Shown here piece by piece: positions 38,920-51,700 of a stretch of 64,000 nt of DNA. The position numbers and the translations under genes were made by a program. Position 1 is the first letter of the stretch. Every line of letters begins with the position of its first letter. This DNA is from Mobula birostris. Its lineage: Eukaryota. The stretch spans positions 42,474,613 through 42,538,612 of the forward strand of contig NC_092397.1 of NCBI RefSeq assembly GCF_030028105.1, given 5' to 3'. The notes under the pieces are model-generated. The model saw nothing but the letters and a program-made list of their open reading frames with translations. It ran no database searches and had not been told where the DNA came from.

Positions 38920-41849
38920 TTTTAAGGCATCCCTGTGCAGCTTTGGTTTTATGCTTGCGGTCACTGTCTTGCTGGAAAATTAATTTTCTACTAAGTCGCA
39001 GTTCACTTGAAGACTGAATTAGGTTTTCCTCCAGGATTTCCCTGTATTTTGCTGCATTCATTTTACCCTCTACCTTTAAGTGCCTTTCAGGGCCTGCTGC
39101 AGTGAAGCACACCCGCAGGATGATGCCGCCTCCACCACACTTCACGGTAGGGATGGTGTGTTTTTGATGTGCGGTGTTTGGCTTACTCCAAACTTAGTGT
39201 TTGTGATGGTCAAAAAATTCAATTTTGTTTCCATCAGACCATAGAATCTTCGTCCAACTAACTCTGGAGTCCCCCACAATTCTGGCAAGCTCCAGGCAAG
39301 ATTTCATGAGAGCATTTTTCAACAGTGGCTTTTTCTCTGCCACTCTCCCATAAAGCTGCGAATGGTGAAACACCCGGGCAACAGTTGATGTATGCACAAT
39401 CTCTCCCACCACTGAAGCTTCTAACTCCTCTACAGTTATCATAGGTCTCTTGGTGACCTCCCTCACTGGCCCCTTCTTGCACGGCCATTCAGTTTTTGAG
39501 GATAGCCTGCTCTTGGCAGATCTACAGCTGTGCCATATTCTTCCCACTTCTGGATGAGTGACTTAACTGTACTCCAAGGGCATTCAGTGACTTGGAAATG
39601 TTCTTGTATCCATCTCCTGGCTTGTGTTTTTCAATTACCTTTTTGCAGAGCAGCTCGGAGTGTTGATTTGTCTTCACGGTGTAGTTTCTCCCAGGATACT
39701 GACTCACCAGCAGTTGGACCTTCCACTTACAGGTGTACTATTACTACAATCAATTGAAACACCTTGACTGCACACAGTGATCTCCAATTAACTGATTATG
39801 TAACTTCAAAAACTAATTGGCTGCACCAGTGATGATTTGGTGTGTCATATTAAAGGGGGTGAATACTTAAACAGACAATTATTTTGTGTTTTTTGATTTG
39901 TAATTAGTTGAGAGCATTTTGTAGAGATTTGTTTTCACTTTGACACAAATTAGTCTTTTTCCATTGATTAGTTTCAAAAAAAGTCAAATTCAATCCACTG
40001 AGATTCAATGTTGTAAAACTATAAAACATGAAAACTTCCAAGGGGTGTGAATACTTTTCATAGGCACTTTATATGTAGGGAGAATGATGATGAAAGAGGA
40101 AGGGAAAGAAGACATGGGGAGAAGTGGCCTCAAGATCCTGAGGTGTGGTCAAAGGCATACAAGGAAATATTAAATCAAAGAACATACAAAGAGGCAAGGG
40201 CTGGTGGTAGACAAGAGAATCAGGAATTTTCTAGGAACCAGTGATGAGATAAAAGCTAAAAGTAACAAGGAACACGCAGAGAAGTTAACTCAATAATTTG
40301 CGTTACTGTTCACAGTGGGTCACAGCAAACATCCCACAGATATCTAACGGTGACATTTCAACATTGTGCCATAATGATCACCATCACAAAGGAGAAATTA
40401 ATGGGACTAAAAGCAAACTTTACCAGGTCCTAACAACCTGCACTGGAGGCTTTCACAGGAAGTCTGGAGAAGAAGTACAGACACTGAAGTTTATCAAAAC
40501 TCACTGTTACAGAAAGGTCCCAGTGGAGTTGAAAACCATTGCTGAAGAAGGGTGGAAGATAAAAAGCAGGTAACTGTAGTCCTGTTAACCTCACTTCAGG
40601 TATTAGAGTCTATAATCTATGAAGAAATAGCAAGTCATTTGGAAAAGTTTAATGTCATTGAACTAACGCAACAGTGTCCACAGTCAGATTCACACAGATT
40701 CCACACTGATCAAAGCTCCCCCCCGAGCTTGTGGTCTGTAACTCCCTCACTACCACATTATGAACAAGGTTCTCCTCCTCCTTGTCCCAGTTCTCTGCAT
40801 TTGGCCCATGTACTCAAAACCTTTCCTTTCCATCTACGTGTCCAAGTATTTTTTTAATGTACCTGACTCAACCACTCCTCATAGTGGTTCATTCCATTTA
40901 CCGACCAGCCTCCAGGTCCCTCATGATCTTATACACCTCTGCAATATCAGCACTTATTCTCCAACATTCCAGGGAAAATTGTCCGAAACACCTTTCCACA
41001 AATTCTTTGAGATCCAGTAACATCCTCGTAAATCTCCTCTGCACTCTTTCCAGCTTAATGGTGTCTGTCATACAGCAGGGTCACTAAAACTAAACACTAT
41101 TTGTGAAATGCGGCCAAACCAACGTGTTGTACAACTGCAACATCTCGTCCAACAACAGTGGTGTCATCTGCAAACTTAAATATGGCATTGGAGTTGTACT
41201 TAGCCACACAATCACAGGTATAAAGTGAATAGAGTAGTGACCAAGCACACAGCCTTGTGGTGCACCAGTGCTGACGGTGATTGTGGAGGAGATGTTGTTG
41301 AATTTGAATGCAAATTCTTCACCGTGAAGGAAAATAGAAATTACAACTGAGGAAGAAGATTACATTAAAATCAGCAAAATATAAAAATGAAAATTAACTA
41401 CTTTTTTCACAGAAATGTGAAAACAGGGGGCCCACTTGTCCATGCTGATATTTGTCAGTCTGCAATGAGTACTGTGAGCAATGCTGGGCCCTTTATCCAA
41501 GGAATGATGTGTTTGCATCAGAGAGGGTCCAGAGCAGGTTCACAAGAATGACCCTGGGAATAAAAAGGTTAACATATGAGGGGCATTTGATGGCTCTGAG
41601 CCTGTACTTGCTGGAGTTTAGAAGAATGAGGATTGAATCACATTATAACCACTTGACTGAACATGGAGAAGATGTTTCCCGTAGTGGGTTAGTCCAGCAC
41701 CAGATGGCACACACTCAGAATAGAAGGATGTCTCTTCAGAACAGAGATGAGAAGATATTTCTTTAGCCAGATGGTCATGAATCTGTGGAATTCATTGTCA
41801 AAAGTTGAGGAGGACACACAGAGTGAGCATCAGATACAGTTAATTAACA

Positions 41850-42352
41850 TGTTGATCCATGGCCTCCTCCACTGTTGTGATGAGTCCACACTCAGGGTAA
41901 AAGAGAAACTCTTTATATTCCGTCTGGCTAGCCTACAACTTGATGACATGAACTTCAATTTCTCCAACTTCTGGTAATGTCCCACACCTCCTTCACCAAT
42001 CCCCATTCCCTTTTCCATCTCACATTATCTTCCTACCTGCCCAACACCTACCGCTGGTGTTCCTCCCTGTTTTCTTTCTTTCATGGCTTTCTGTCCTCTC
42101 CTACTAGATTCCCCCTCTCTAGCCCTGTACCTCATACACCAATCAACTTCCCAGCTCTTTACTTCACCGGCCCCTCTCACAGTTTCACCTTTCACCTTGT
42201 GTTTCTTCCCCCCTACCCCCACCTTCTAACTCTGACTGCTCATATATTTTTCTCCAGTCCTGGTGAAGGGTCTCGGCCAGAAACGTCGTCTGTTCTCTTT
42301 TCCATGGATGCTGCCTGGCCTGCTGAGTTCCCCCAGCATTTTGTGTGTGCTG
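41850..42352 (+). mobile_element. Penelope-like element 3' fragment
   Basis: IHGLLHCCDESTLRVKEKLFIFRLASLQLDDMN; hammerhead-like motif at ~42256-42292. Confidence 0.8.
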
Positions 42353-42424
42353 TCCAGGTACAGGTGATGATCTCAACAGGCTTGCAGGTGAAGTTTTGTT
42401 TCTCCTGGATGGACTATTTGGGTT

Positions 42425-42970
42425 TCTGAATGGTGGTGTAGGGGCAGGTGTAGCTCATGTTCCGATTACAGGGATAAGTGCCAGCAGTGAGATCAATGGG
42501 GAGGGATGAATGGACAAGGGAATCACAGAGAGAGTGATCCCGGCTGAAAGTGGAGAGTGGGGTGGGGGGAAGGATGTGTTTAGTGCTGGAATCCCTTTGA
42601 AGATGCTGGACATTGTGTAAAATGTTGTGCTGGATACGGACACTCGGGGGGGTGATACGTAAGGACAAGGGGAACTATAACCCTGTTATGACAGTGAGAA
42701 GATGGGGCAAGGACAAATGTCTGAGAAATGGGGGATATATGGTGGTGAGAGCAACAGCAATGAGAGAGGAAGGGAAACCCCGTTCTTTGAAGAAGGAAGA
42801 CATCGCTGATATTCTGGCAAGGGAAGCCCCACCCTGGGAACAGATGTGGTGGAGACGAATAAGAGGGATGACGTTTGCACAGTAGACAGGGTGGGAAGAA
42901 CAATAGTCAAGATAGCTGTGAGAGTCGGTAGGTTTATAGAAAGATATCACCAGACAGTCTGTCTCCAGAG
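42425..42970 (-). mobile_element. Penelope-like internal fragment (RT C-terminus and linker)
   Basis: FYKPTDSHSYLDYCSSHP...FFKERGFPSS...GTYPCNR, matching 44600-45170. Confidence 0.85.
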
Positions 42971-42999
42971 ATGCTACACTAGCCAGTCTGTCCTCAGAA

Positions 43000-43180
43000 A
43001 CCGACTGCTGCTGTCTCCTTTTATACACAGCACCCCGACCTGCCCGAGAAACGCTCAGAGAGAAAGAGGTCAGAATGGGGGGAGACAGAGTCAGAGAGAC
43101 GGACAGAGCCGAGAGCGGCCTCTCATCTTCCAGCTCCGCTTTCACTTTACCACAACCACCAATTTCCAACAGTTTATCCA
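43000..43180 (-). promoter_or_regulatory. Orphan H4 promoter with intact TATA box
   Basis: ctgctgctgtctccttttatacacagcaccccgacctgcccgagaaacg... matches 31976-32150; no H4 CDS follows. Confidence 0.85.
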
Positions 43181-43729
43181 CAACAGAACAGAATCACAGC
43201 ACTCAGATAAACCTTCAGATGCACATCTTCAACGTTGGTCAGTCTGTAAAGTTAACACATAACACTCTGGAGAACTGACACATAAACTCTTTAAATTTCT
43301 GCTGAAATCTCCTAAAACTAAACAATGTTAATCTGGAACGATGAACAATTTCAAAGATGGGAATTTTGACATTCCAGTAAAACACAGAGACAGTTGGAAA
43401 CACGCAGCAGGTCAGGCAGCGACCGTGGACAGAGAAACAGAGTTAACGTTTCAGGCCGAAGCCCCTTCATCAGATACACTCTGTTCACATTCCGAATTCC
43501 ATCCGGAGCTGCGAATGAACCTTTGTGAATGATGCACCAGGACCCCAAGTTCCCTCTGCACTGCCAGACCCTGTTGTCTTTGAACATTTCGAGAATGTTC
43601 TGTATTACATATTTTTCCTGCCAAAATGTACAAGTTCACACTCTCCCTCCTCCACAATATCCCAGCTGTCAGACCCGTGTCCAATCACGTCACCTGTATC
43701 TACCCCTTTGCAGACTCCTCACCACTCTT

Positions 43730-45897
43730 CACAAGGGAGGTGCTGTTGTAGTCTGGCGTACTGACCTCTACCTTGCCGAGGCACAGCGACAACTCGCGGA
43801 TACCTCCTCTTATTTACCCCTCGATCGTGACCCCACTAAGGAGCACCAGGCCATTGTCTCCCACACCATCACTGACTTTATCCGCTCAGGGGATCTCCCA
43901 TCCACTGCTACCAACCTTATAGTTCCCACACCTCGCACTTCCCGTTTCTACCTCCTACAAACCTGCTTGTCCTGGCAAACCTATTGTCTCAGCTTGCTCC
44001 TGCCCCACCGAACGCGTTTCTGCATACCTCGACACGGTTTTATCCCCCTTTGTTCAATCCCTTCCTACCTATGTTCGTGACACTTCTCACACTCTTAAAC
44101 TTTTTGATGATTTTAAGTTCCCCGGCCCCCACCACTTTATTTTCACCATGGATGTCCAGTCCCTATATACTTCCACCCCCATCAGGAAGGTCTCAAAGCT
44201 CTCCGCTTCTTTTTGGATTCCAGACCTAATTAGTTCCCCTCTACCACCACTCTGCTCCATCTAGCGGAATTAGTCCTTACTCTTAATAATTTCTCCTTTG
44301 GCTCCTCCCACTTCCTCCAAACTAAAGGTGTAGCTATGGGTACCCGTATGGGTCCTAGCTATGCCTGCCTTTTTGTTGGGTTTGTGGAACAATCTATGTT
44401 CCGTGCCTATTCTGGTATCTGTCCCCCACTTTTCCTTTGCTACATCGACGACTGCATTGGCACTGCTTCCTGCACGCACGCAGAGCTCTTTGACTTTATT
44501 AACTTTGCTTCCAACTTTCACCCTGCCCTCAAGTTTACCTGGTCCATTTCCGACACCTCCCTCCCCTTTCTAGATCTTTCTGTCTCTGTCTCTGGAGACA
44601 GCTTATCCACTGATGTCTACTATAAGCCTACTGACTCTCACAGCTATCTGGACTATTCCTCTTCTCACCCTGTCTCTTGCAAAAACGCCATCCCCTTCTC
44701 GCAATTCCTCCGTCTCTGCCGCATCTGCTCTCAGGATGAAGCTTTACATTCTAGGACAAGGGAGATGTCCTCCTTTTTTTGAAGAAAGGGGCTTCCCTTC
44801 CTCCACTATCAACTCTGCCCTCAAACGCATCTCCCCCATTTCACGTACATCTGCTCTCACTCCATCCTCCCGCCACCCCACTAGGAGTAGGGTTCCCCTG
44901 GTCCTCACCTACCACCCCACCAGCCTCCGGGTCCAACATATTATTCTCCGTAACTTCCGCCACCTCCAACGGGATCCCACCACTAAGCACTTCTTTCCCT
45001 CCCCGCCTCTCTCTGCTTTCCGCAGGGATCGCTCCCTACGCGACTCCCTTGTCCATTCGTCCCCCCCATCCCTCCCCATTGATCTCCCTCCTGGCACTTA
45101 TCCCTGTAGGCGGAACAAGTGCTACACATGCCCTTACACTTCCTCCCTTACCACCATTCAGGGCCCCAAACAGTCCTTCCAGGTGAGGCGACACTTCACC
45201 TGTGAGTCGGCTGGGGTGATATTCTGCGTCCGGTGCTCCCAATATGGCCTTCTGTATATTGGCGAGACCCGATGCAGACTGCTTTGCTGAACACCTACGC
45301 TCTGTCCGCCAGAGAAAGCAGGATCTCCCAGTGGCCACACATTTTAATTCCACATCCCATTCCCATTCTGACATGTCTATCCACGGCCTTCTCTACTGTA
45401 AAGATGAAGCCACACTCAGGTTGGAGGAACAACACCTTATATTCCGTCTGGGTAGCTTCCAACCTGATGGCATGAACATCGACTTCTCTAACTTCCACCA
45501 ATGCCCCACCTTCCCCTCGTACCCCATCTGTTATTTATTTATATACACACATTCTTTCTCTCACTCTCCTTTTTCTCCCTCTGTCCCTCTGAATATACCC
45601 CTTGTCCATTCTCTGGGTCCCCCCCCCCCCACTTGTCCTTCTTCCCGGATCTCCTGTCCCATGATCCTCTCGTATCCCTTTTGCCAATCACCTGTCCAGC
45701 TCTTGGCTCCATCCCTCCCCCTCCTGTCTTCTCCTATCATTTCGGATCTCCCCCTCCCCCTCCCACTTTCAAATCCCTTACTCACTCTTCCTTCAGTTAG
45801 TCCTGACGAAGGGTCTCAGCCTGAAACATTGACTGCACCTCTTCCTACAGATGCTGCCTGGCCTGCTGCGTTCACCAGCAACTTTGATGTGTGTTGT
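43730..45897 (+). mobile_element. Penelope-like retroelement (RT + GIY-YIG), 5'-truncated and frameshifted
   Basis: KGGAVVVW, MGTRMGPSYACLF, YIDDC, YYKPTDSHSYL and the GIY-YIG segment VIFCVRCSQYGLLYIGETR; terminal hammerhead motif. Confidence 0.93.
45799..45834 (+). ncRNA. Minimal type-I hammerhead ribozyme motif at the Penelope 3' end
   Basis: AGTC-CTGACGA-AGGGTCTCAGCCT-GAAACATT-GACT, with apparent CpG decay of GAAACGTCG. Confidence 0.65.
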
Positions 45898-46694
45898 TCA
45901 CCAGACTCTGTTGACTTTGCCTGATGGTTTTGTAAGCTGGCAATAATTTCCTGCTTTGTTACAGCTCCAAATGTTTTCCTGGTACAAGTGGTGAACACTC
46001 TGGTCTGGAGTTTCCTGTTTTCTGCTTTTGCTTCAGACTACAGAATCTGCAGTTTATAATTGTAATATTTATTTCTTCTCTATTTACTTATTTTTCTCCA
46101 ATTTGGAGCAAAGGAGTTACTCAAAGTGGTCTTCCCTACAGACACAGACAGGTTTTGAACCCTGTCATTGTTTCCGTCTCCTATCCTGTCTGGATTTTAG
46201 TCTCCGATACTCCAGCACTTGGGTCCTGACCATCCTCACCCAGGTCTGCCGTCACTGATGAAGTTTATTGATACGGTTCATATGGGCCTCAGTCAGGCCA
46301 TTTGGCAAATTGGATCCAGAACTGGCTTTGCAATAGGAGACAGAGTGATGGCAGAGAGTAGTTTTGTGATCAGATGCTGGTGACAGGCGTTGTTCCACAT
46401 GGATCTGTTCTGGGACCCTTGCTGTTTGTGATACAACTGAGTGATCTGGGAGTGGATGTAGGAACCATGAGCAGTAAGTTCACACTGACTGTGAGATGAT
46501 GGAGTTATTGCTGGTGTGGATGGTCATCTTGGGCTAAAGTGTGACATTGATGTGTTGATGAAATAAGCTGAGACCAAAACAAGTAGATCAGTTTGTGTGA
46601 GAATTGGAATTTCCCATCAAACAAACCCAAAACTCCCACGGGGAAGATCAGAGGGATAATGTGTGTCAACACCACAACAGTGTAATGAAGAGAA

Positions 46695-47005
46695 AGCGAC
46701 AAGCCTTTCCTCTTCCAGGTTAGTGGCTTTTAAAAGAGCCTTTGTTGTGCTTGCTGCCGAGGCCAGGCTGACTCTTGCATCTTGTGGATGCGGCGAGCCA
46801 AATGAATATCTTTGGGCACAAGGGTGACTCGCTTGGTGTGGATGGTGCAAAGAGCCAGACCAGGTAAGCCTCGTTATTCTCCTCCAGGCCTTTGATGGCT
46901 GAGCTCTGGAAGCATAGATCGGTTTTGAAGTCCTGCCTGATCTTCTGCACCAGATGCTGGAAGGGAAGTTTGCGGATGAGCAGCTCGGTGGATTTCTGGT
47001 AGCAT
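46695..47005 (-). pseudogene. Histone H3 pseudogene (5'-truncated, frameshifted)
   Basis: [35 protein letters not shown] then a frameshift; mismatched stem-loop at 46725-46740; HDE ggaaaggcttgtcgct resembles that of the intact H3. Confidence 0.92.
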
Positions 47006-47016
47006 TGGTTCCCCCT

Positions 47017-47201
47017 CAGAGTCACAGTGATGTGCTGATAGCTCCCCAAAAATACCCATACAGACACCCAGGGATATTCAGTGCTCCTTTACATCTATCA
47101 ATTATTTACAGAGTCACAGTGATGGGCCTGCAGTGCCCCAAGAATACCCACACAGACACCCAAGGATATTCAGTGCTCCTTTACATTTATCAATTATTTT
47201 A
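47017..47201. repeat. Tandem duplication, 2 copies of ~93 bp, at the H3 pseudogene breakpoint
   Basis: cagagtcacagtgatg...gatattcagtgctcctttacat(c/t)tatcaattattt occurs twice. Confidence 0.85.
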
Positions 47202-49390
47202 CTGATGTTTTTTTCAATGTCAGCTTATCATCCAGCCACATGCCACAAAATCTGACCACTGACATGTATTCAAGAGTTTGAACATAACATTTCAAATCAA
47301 TTGCTATTGAGGATGATATGGATCAATAAAGAGTTCTATTGATCATCTTTGTAAAACACAAAACATATTTTAGCTACCGAAAGCTTAAAACCACATCGAT
47401 TTGCACACTGTTCGATCTTATTAATCACTAATCACATACTATATACAATTAAACTGAATTTTCTACCTCTGATCCATAAAGCTCCATCATCTGCAAAAAG
47501 TGATTTCCCCACCCCAGTACCTATCTTACAGAAAATATCATTGGTCATAATATTAAACAAAAAAGGTGACAAATACTGTCTTATGAGGTCCAATTCTCCA
47601 CCACATAGAAGCCCAAATATATCTTACACACCCTTACCTGCCTAAACCATACAAATAAAAACTCAGAAAAAAATAATGTAGCCTTCCCCTCACACCACAT
47701 TTCCATAATTTAATCCTTTCATAACATATCATATGCTTTTTCAGTACAAAAATACTGCAATTACAACTTCTTTATTTACCCGTGCTTTCCTAATATCATC
47801 TTCCAAATATAAAACTGAATCCAATGTCATTCTACATTTCCAAAATCTGCACTGACAAAATGCTACATCACCTCTCTTTTCTAAAATATAATTCAATCGC
47901 TCTATTACCATATGTTCTGCAAGTTTACCAAAATGAGATGGGACGTTAATGATGTTGGTCTATAACTAGATGGATCCTATGGGGATTTTCAGGTTTTGGA
48001 ACAGGAACTACCATTTTCTATGAGGAGGGAAGATGGTTTAAACTGCAAATATAATTAAAAAGTGTAAATATTATCTCAAGAGTTTTAAGCCATATGTTTA
48101 AACATAAAATAACATATATCATCCTTTCCTGGAGCCGTCTGAAATGTACTGTTAATAGCTTTCTTAAGTTCACACAAAGAAAACTCTACATCACTGTAAT
48201 AGCTACAGCTGGCTTTCAACGCATCAGAGTATCGCTGAAACCCTCATCCCTACATCGTTTAGGCTCCTCACTTAATTTATATTGGTTATGAATTGCAGCA
48301 AATGACCGAGCCAGTAACTCAACCTTCTCTATTTCAGTAACAATCACCTTCCCTAATCAATACTGGAATCTTATTAACCCTATGAACCCCCTCCCCCCAA
48401 TTTTCTTAATCATTCCTCAAACATCTCCAAGTTTAATATCTCGTCAACACTATCACAAGATGACCTCCAGGAAACCTCTTTCGCAACCTTCACCAGTTTG
48501 CTCACCACATCCTGTGTCCTTTCATACTTAATAAGGTCAACTTTCCCAAACACCTTATTTCTCTCCCTATTTGCCTCTGTAGACTCCTCCATCCACCATG
48601 GCACACTTTCTCCTATTAATGCCATTTTTAACAGGAGACACTTCCACAGCAGTTTGATGACTAATGTGACATAACAATTCAATGCAGAAATCTCAATGTT
48701 CAGCCCTGACAGACGTTCATCACGTAAAACTTCTCCCAGTTTGCTTTACCAAAATTCCACCTCCCAAAAACATACTGCTGTCCCCTATATAACTCCAAAC
48801 CTAAGCTTATAAATATAGGAAAATGATCACTCCTCAGTGTCTCATCACCCATAACATCACTCACTCACTCCAGCCAGAATGCTGGAAACTGGAGTTAAAT
48901 CTACAGCGGTTTCTGAACTGTCATAAACATTAAATCTCATAGCCCTCCCATCAATAAGGCACAAAGATTGGAAATACCTAAAAATTCTCCCCACAGTGAA
49001 CTATGTGCACAAAAATACCCACACTATACAACCCTTGGTGAGCTGGAACTACATATACTTTCTAGCAAAGTAAACGAAAGCTTTCCACAAGAGTTTTACC
49101 ACTTTAATGTCCCTACCTGTTGAATCAAATACTTCTACTACAAATGCCTCGAACACTTCATTCACATCCGCAACTCTGTCATATCCCTTTCCTTACCAAA
49201 GTTGCAACACCACCCCCTCTACCATCGAACCTATCATGCCGAATTACAATATAATACTGCAAAAGAAAACCAAAATGTGGTAACAGCCAGGTTTCCTGAG
49301 TAGATATAATAATGGGTGAATTTGATGAATCAGAAATCAACTTCTTAATGCCTTGACCTTGATTAGACAAAATCGCTAAACAAAGTATTA
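47200..49390 (-). mobile_element. I/Nimb-like LINE ORF2 fragment
   Basis: EN motif IIISTQETWL...DGRGGGVATLV and SVPWWMEES; homologous to 23990-25745. Confidence 0.65.
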
Positions 49391-50134
49391 CATACACACT
49401 TGGAGGTCAATGGGCGGGGGTGCTACCTCCCTGAAATGAGTTTTTGCAGGGTGGGATGTCTGAGGTTTGCTGTAGGAAATGATCTCCCATTTTGCCAGGT
49501 TTGCTGCAGGAAATGATCTCCCATTTGTGCGGCTTCATTCAAGCAGGGAAGCTGAAGGCGCCAGTCTGCACTGAGGTTCGATTTCAGGACTATCAAGTGG
49601 CCCTCAAAGCTGCTACCACACCATTTATATCAAGCAAACAGATTCTAATCATGTGATGTCATTTTGTTAATTTGTAAATAATCTAGATAGATTTAGAAAT
49701 CAGGTAGTTTCGGAAAGAACACAAAGGGCAGTTTATTTTCAGCTTTATTCCATCCAGTCTGAAATATAAACTTTTCACCATATCTGTGAAAATGGGAAAT
49801 TGACTGGATCTGTACAATGAAAGCTTTACTTTGTGTCATGTCAGTTGTGTCTCTTTCTTTCTGCCTGTTTGCTTTATCCTGTCAGCAGAGTGAGACACAA
49901 ATCAAATCAAGTTTAATTATCATTCAGCCATAATAGATACGGCGAATGAGGCAGCGTCCCTCGGGGGCCACGGTGCAGAGCGAACAAAATAGTGCATTCA
50001 AAAAAGCGAGTAGAGAAGCCTCTTCATGCGGGATAAGAACATTTATGTAGTCTGACACCCTCAGTGACATGTCCTGCAATCGATGGTACAATCTCCTTGC
50101 AGTGTGTATATAAATAAATGCCATCAGGTTGGCG

Positions 50135-50768
50135 GACAGAGAAAGCAGGATCTCCCAGTAGCCACACATTTTAATTCCACGTCCCATTCCCATTCTGATA
50201 TGTCTATCTACAGCCTCCTCTACTGTAAAGATGAAGCCACACTCAGGTTGGAGGAACCACACATTATATTCCGTCTGGGTAGCCTCCAACCTGATGGCAT
50301 GAACATTGACTTCTCAAACTTCCGCTAATGCCCCACCTCCCCCTCGTACCCCGTCCGTTATTTATTTATATACACACATTCTTTCTCTCTCTCTCCTTTT
50401 TCTCCCTCTGTCCCTCTGACTATACCCCTTGCCCATCCTCTGGGTTTTCCTCCCGCCTCCCCTTTTTCTTTCTCCCTGGGCCTCCTGTCCCGTGATCCTC
50501 TCATATCCCTTTTGCCAATCACCTGTCCAACTCTTGGTTCCATCCCTCCCCCTCCTGTCTTTTCCTATCATTTTGGATCTCCCCCCCTCCCCCTCCCATT
50601 TTAAGATCTCTTACTAGCTGTTCCTTCAGTTAGTCGTGACGAGGGGTCTCGGCCCGAAACGTCGACTGTACCTCTTCCCAGAGATGCTGCCTGGCCTGCT
50701 GCGTTCACCAGCAACTTTTGTGTGTGTTGCTCGAAATTCTAGCATCTGTAGATTTCCTCATGTTTGCT
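50135..50768 (+). mobile_element. Penelope-like element 3' fragment
   Basis: Highly similar to 45310-45897. Confidence 0.9.
50632..50667 (+). ncRNA. Minimal hammerhead motif (core C3 changed to G)
   Basis: AGTC-gTGACGA-GGGGTCTCGGCCC-GAAACGTC-GACT. Confidence 0.6.
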
Positions 50769-51022
50769 TGTTTTACTCCTGCCAATCTGGTTGAACACAT
50801 TTTTTTTTTGTCTGCCTGAGCCCACAGACCTTTTTCCGTATCATCCTGGTGGCCCACACGAACACTCAGCTTTGAGCCATCAGCAGACCCAGAATGGTAC
50901 TGCTCCAGCATCATCTTCATAAGCCGAGGATGAAGGAGATTAGGGTTGTATCGTAGTTCTTGTCCTCATTCATTTAACTAATTTTTTTTTCTTAATCATT
51001 GCAAGTTTCAAGACCATTTAAT

Positions 51023-51700
51023 GGAGCGACACTGTAGCATAGCGGTTAGCGCGACGCTATTACAGCTCGGGTGTCACAACCACGGATTCAGCAGCGCAGT
51101 AGATACGGCAATTCCGCTTGTGAATTTGCACGTGTCAGGAAATTATTATCTAATCGTGATAGTATTTAACTCCATTCTTGTCGTCGTAGTGCTTGTCGAG
51201 ACTTGGACAGAGCATAGCGAAGCCTCGCTGCTGCTTTGCATTCGGCCTTCCCTGAGCCATTGGACTTTCAAAATCAAATAAAACAGTAAAGGCTGGGCCA
51301 ATCAGGGCCGTTAACTGAAACTCTCAAAAGGGAAACGAAGCTTACAGTGCGGCTGAAAAGAACATCTAAACACTATACGAATACCGCTGGTCTTCAGAGT
51401 CAGTTGATTTTGAAAGTCCAATGGCTCAGGGAAGGTCAAATGCAGAACAGCAGCGAAGCTTTGCTATGCTCTGTCCAAGTCTCGACAAGCACTAGGACGA
51501 CAAGAATGGAGTTAAATACTATCACGATTAAATATTAATTACCTGACACGTGCAAATTCACAAGCGCTGTTGCCGTATCTACTGTGCTGCCGGATCCGTG
51601 GTTGTGACATCGGGATGCCGGAGTTCAATTCCGATGCCATCTCGAAGGGATTTCCATGTCTTCCCCATGAATGTGTGGTCTTCCTCCAGGTGCTCCAGTT
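51023..51700 (+). mobile_element. tRNA-derived V-SINE interrupted by a palindromic insertion
   Basis: A-box tagcatagcgg at ~51035; B-box gagttcaattcc at ~51621 after the insertion; V-domain-like tcctccaggtgctccagt. Confidence 0.7.
51072..51609. mobile_element. 538-bp MITE-like element with 206-bp TIRs, TGT...ACA ends and a 5-bp TSD
   Basis: Arms 51072-51277 and 51404-51609 are reverse complements with scattered mismatches; TCGGG at 51067-51071 and 51610-51614. Confidence 0.9.

Larger units (their letters stand above)
35298..40069 (-). mobile_element. Tc1-family DNA transposon (decayed) with nested insertions
   Basis: ta|cagtgcctataaaa at the left end and ttttcataggcactt|ta at the right; ~200-bp imperfect TIRs; transposase pieces KILWSDGNKIEFF, MKCGGGGIILRVCF and IFQQDSDRKH. 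Confidence 0.85.

Noticed and set aside
42675-43181. 168-aa ORF spanning the H4 promoter and Penelope fragment as a chimeric protein gene
   Set aside because: It starts upstream of the TATA box at a non-ATG codon, so a transcript from that promoter would not contain it.
49463-49527. Two copies of aggtttgctg(t/c)aggaaatgatctcccattt
   Set aside because: A small local duplication with no further structure.
51023-51070. tRNA gene candidates (also ~53385-53452 and 63287-63365)
   Set aside because: A and B boxes are present but there is no complete cloverleaf, and each continues into a SINE body.
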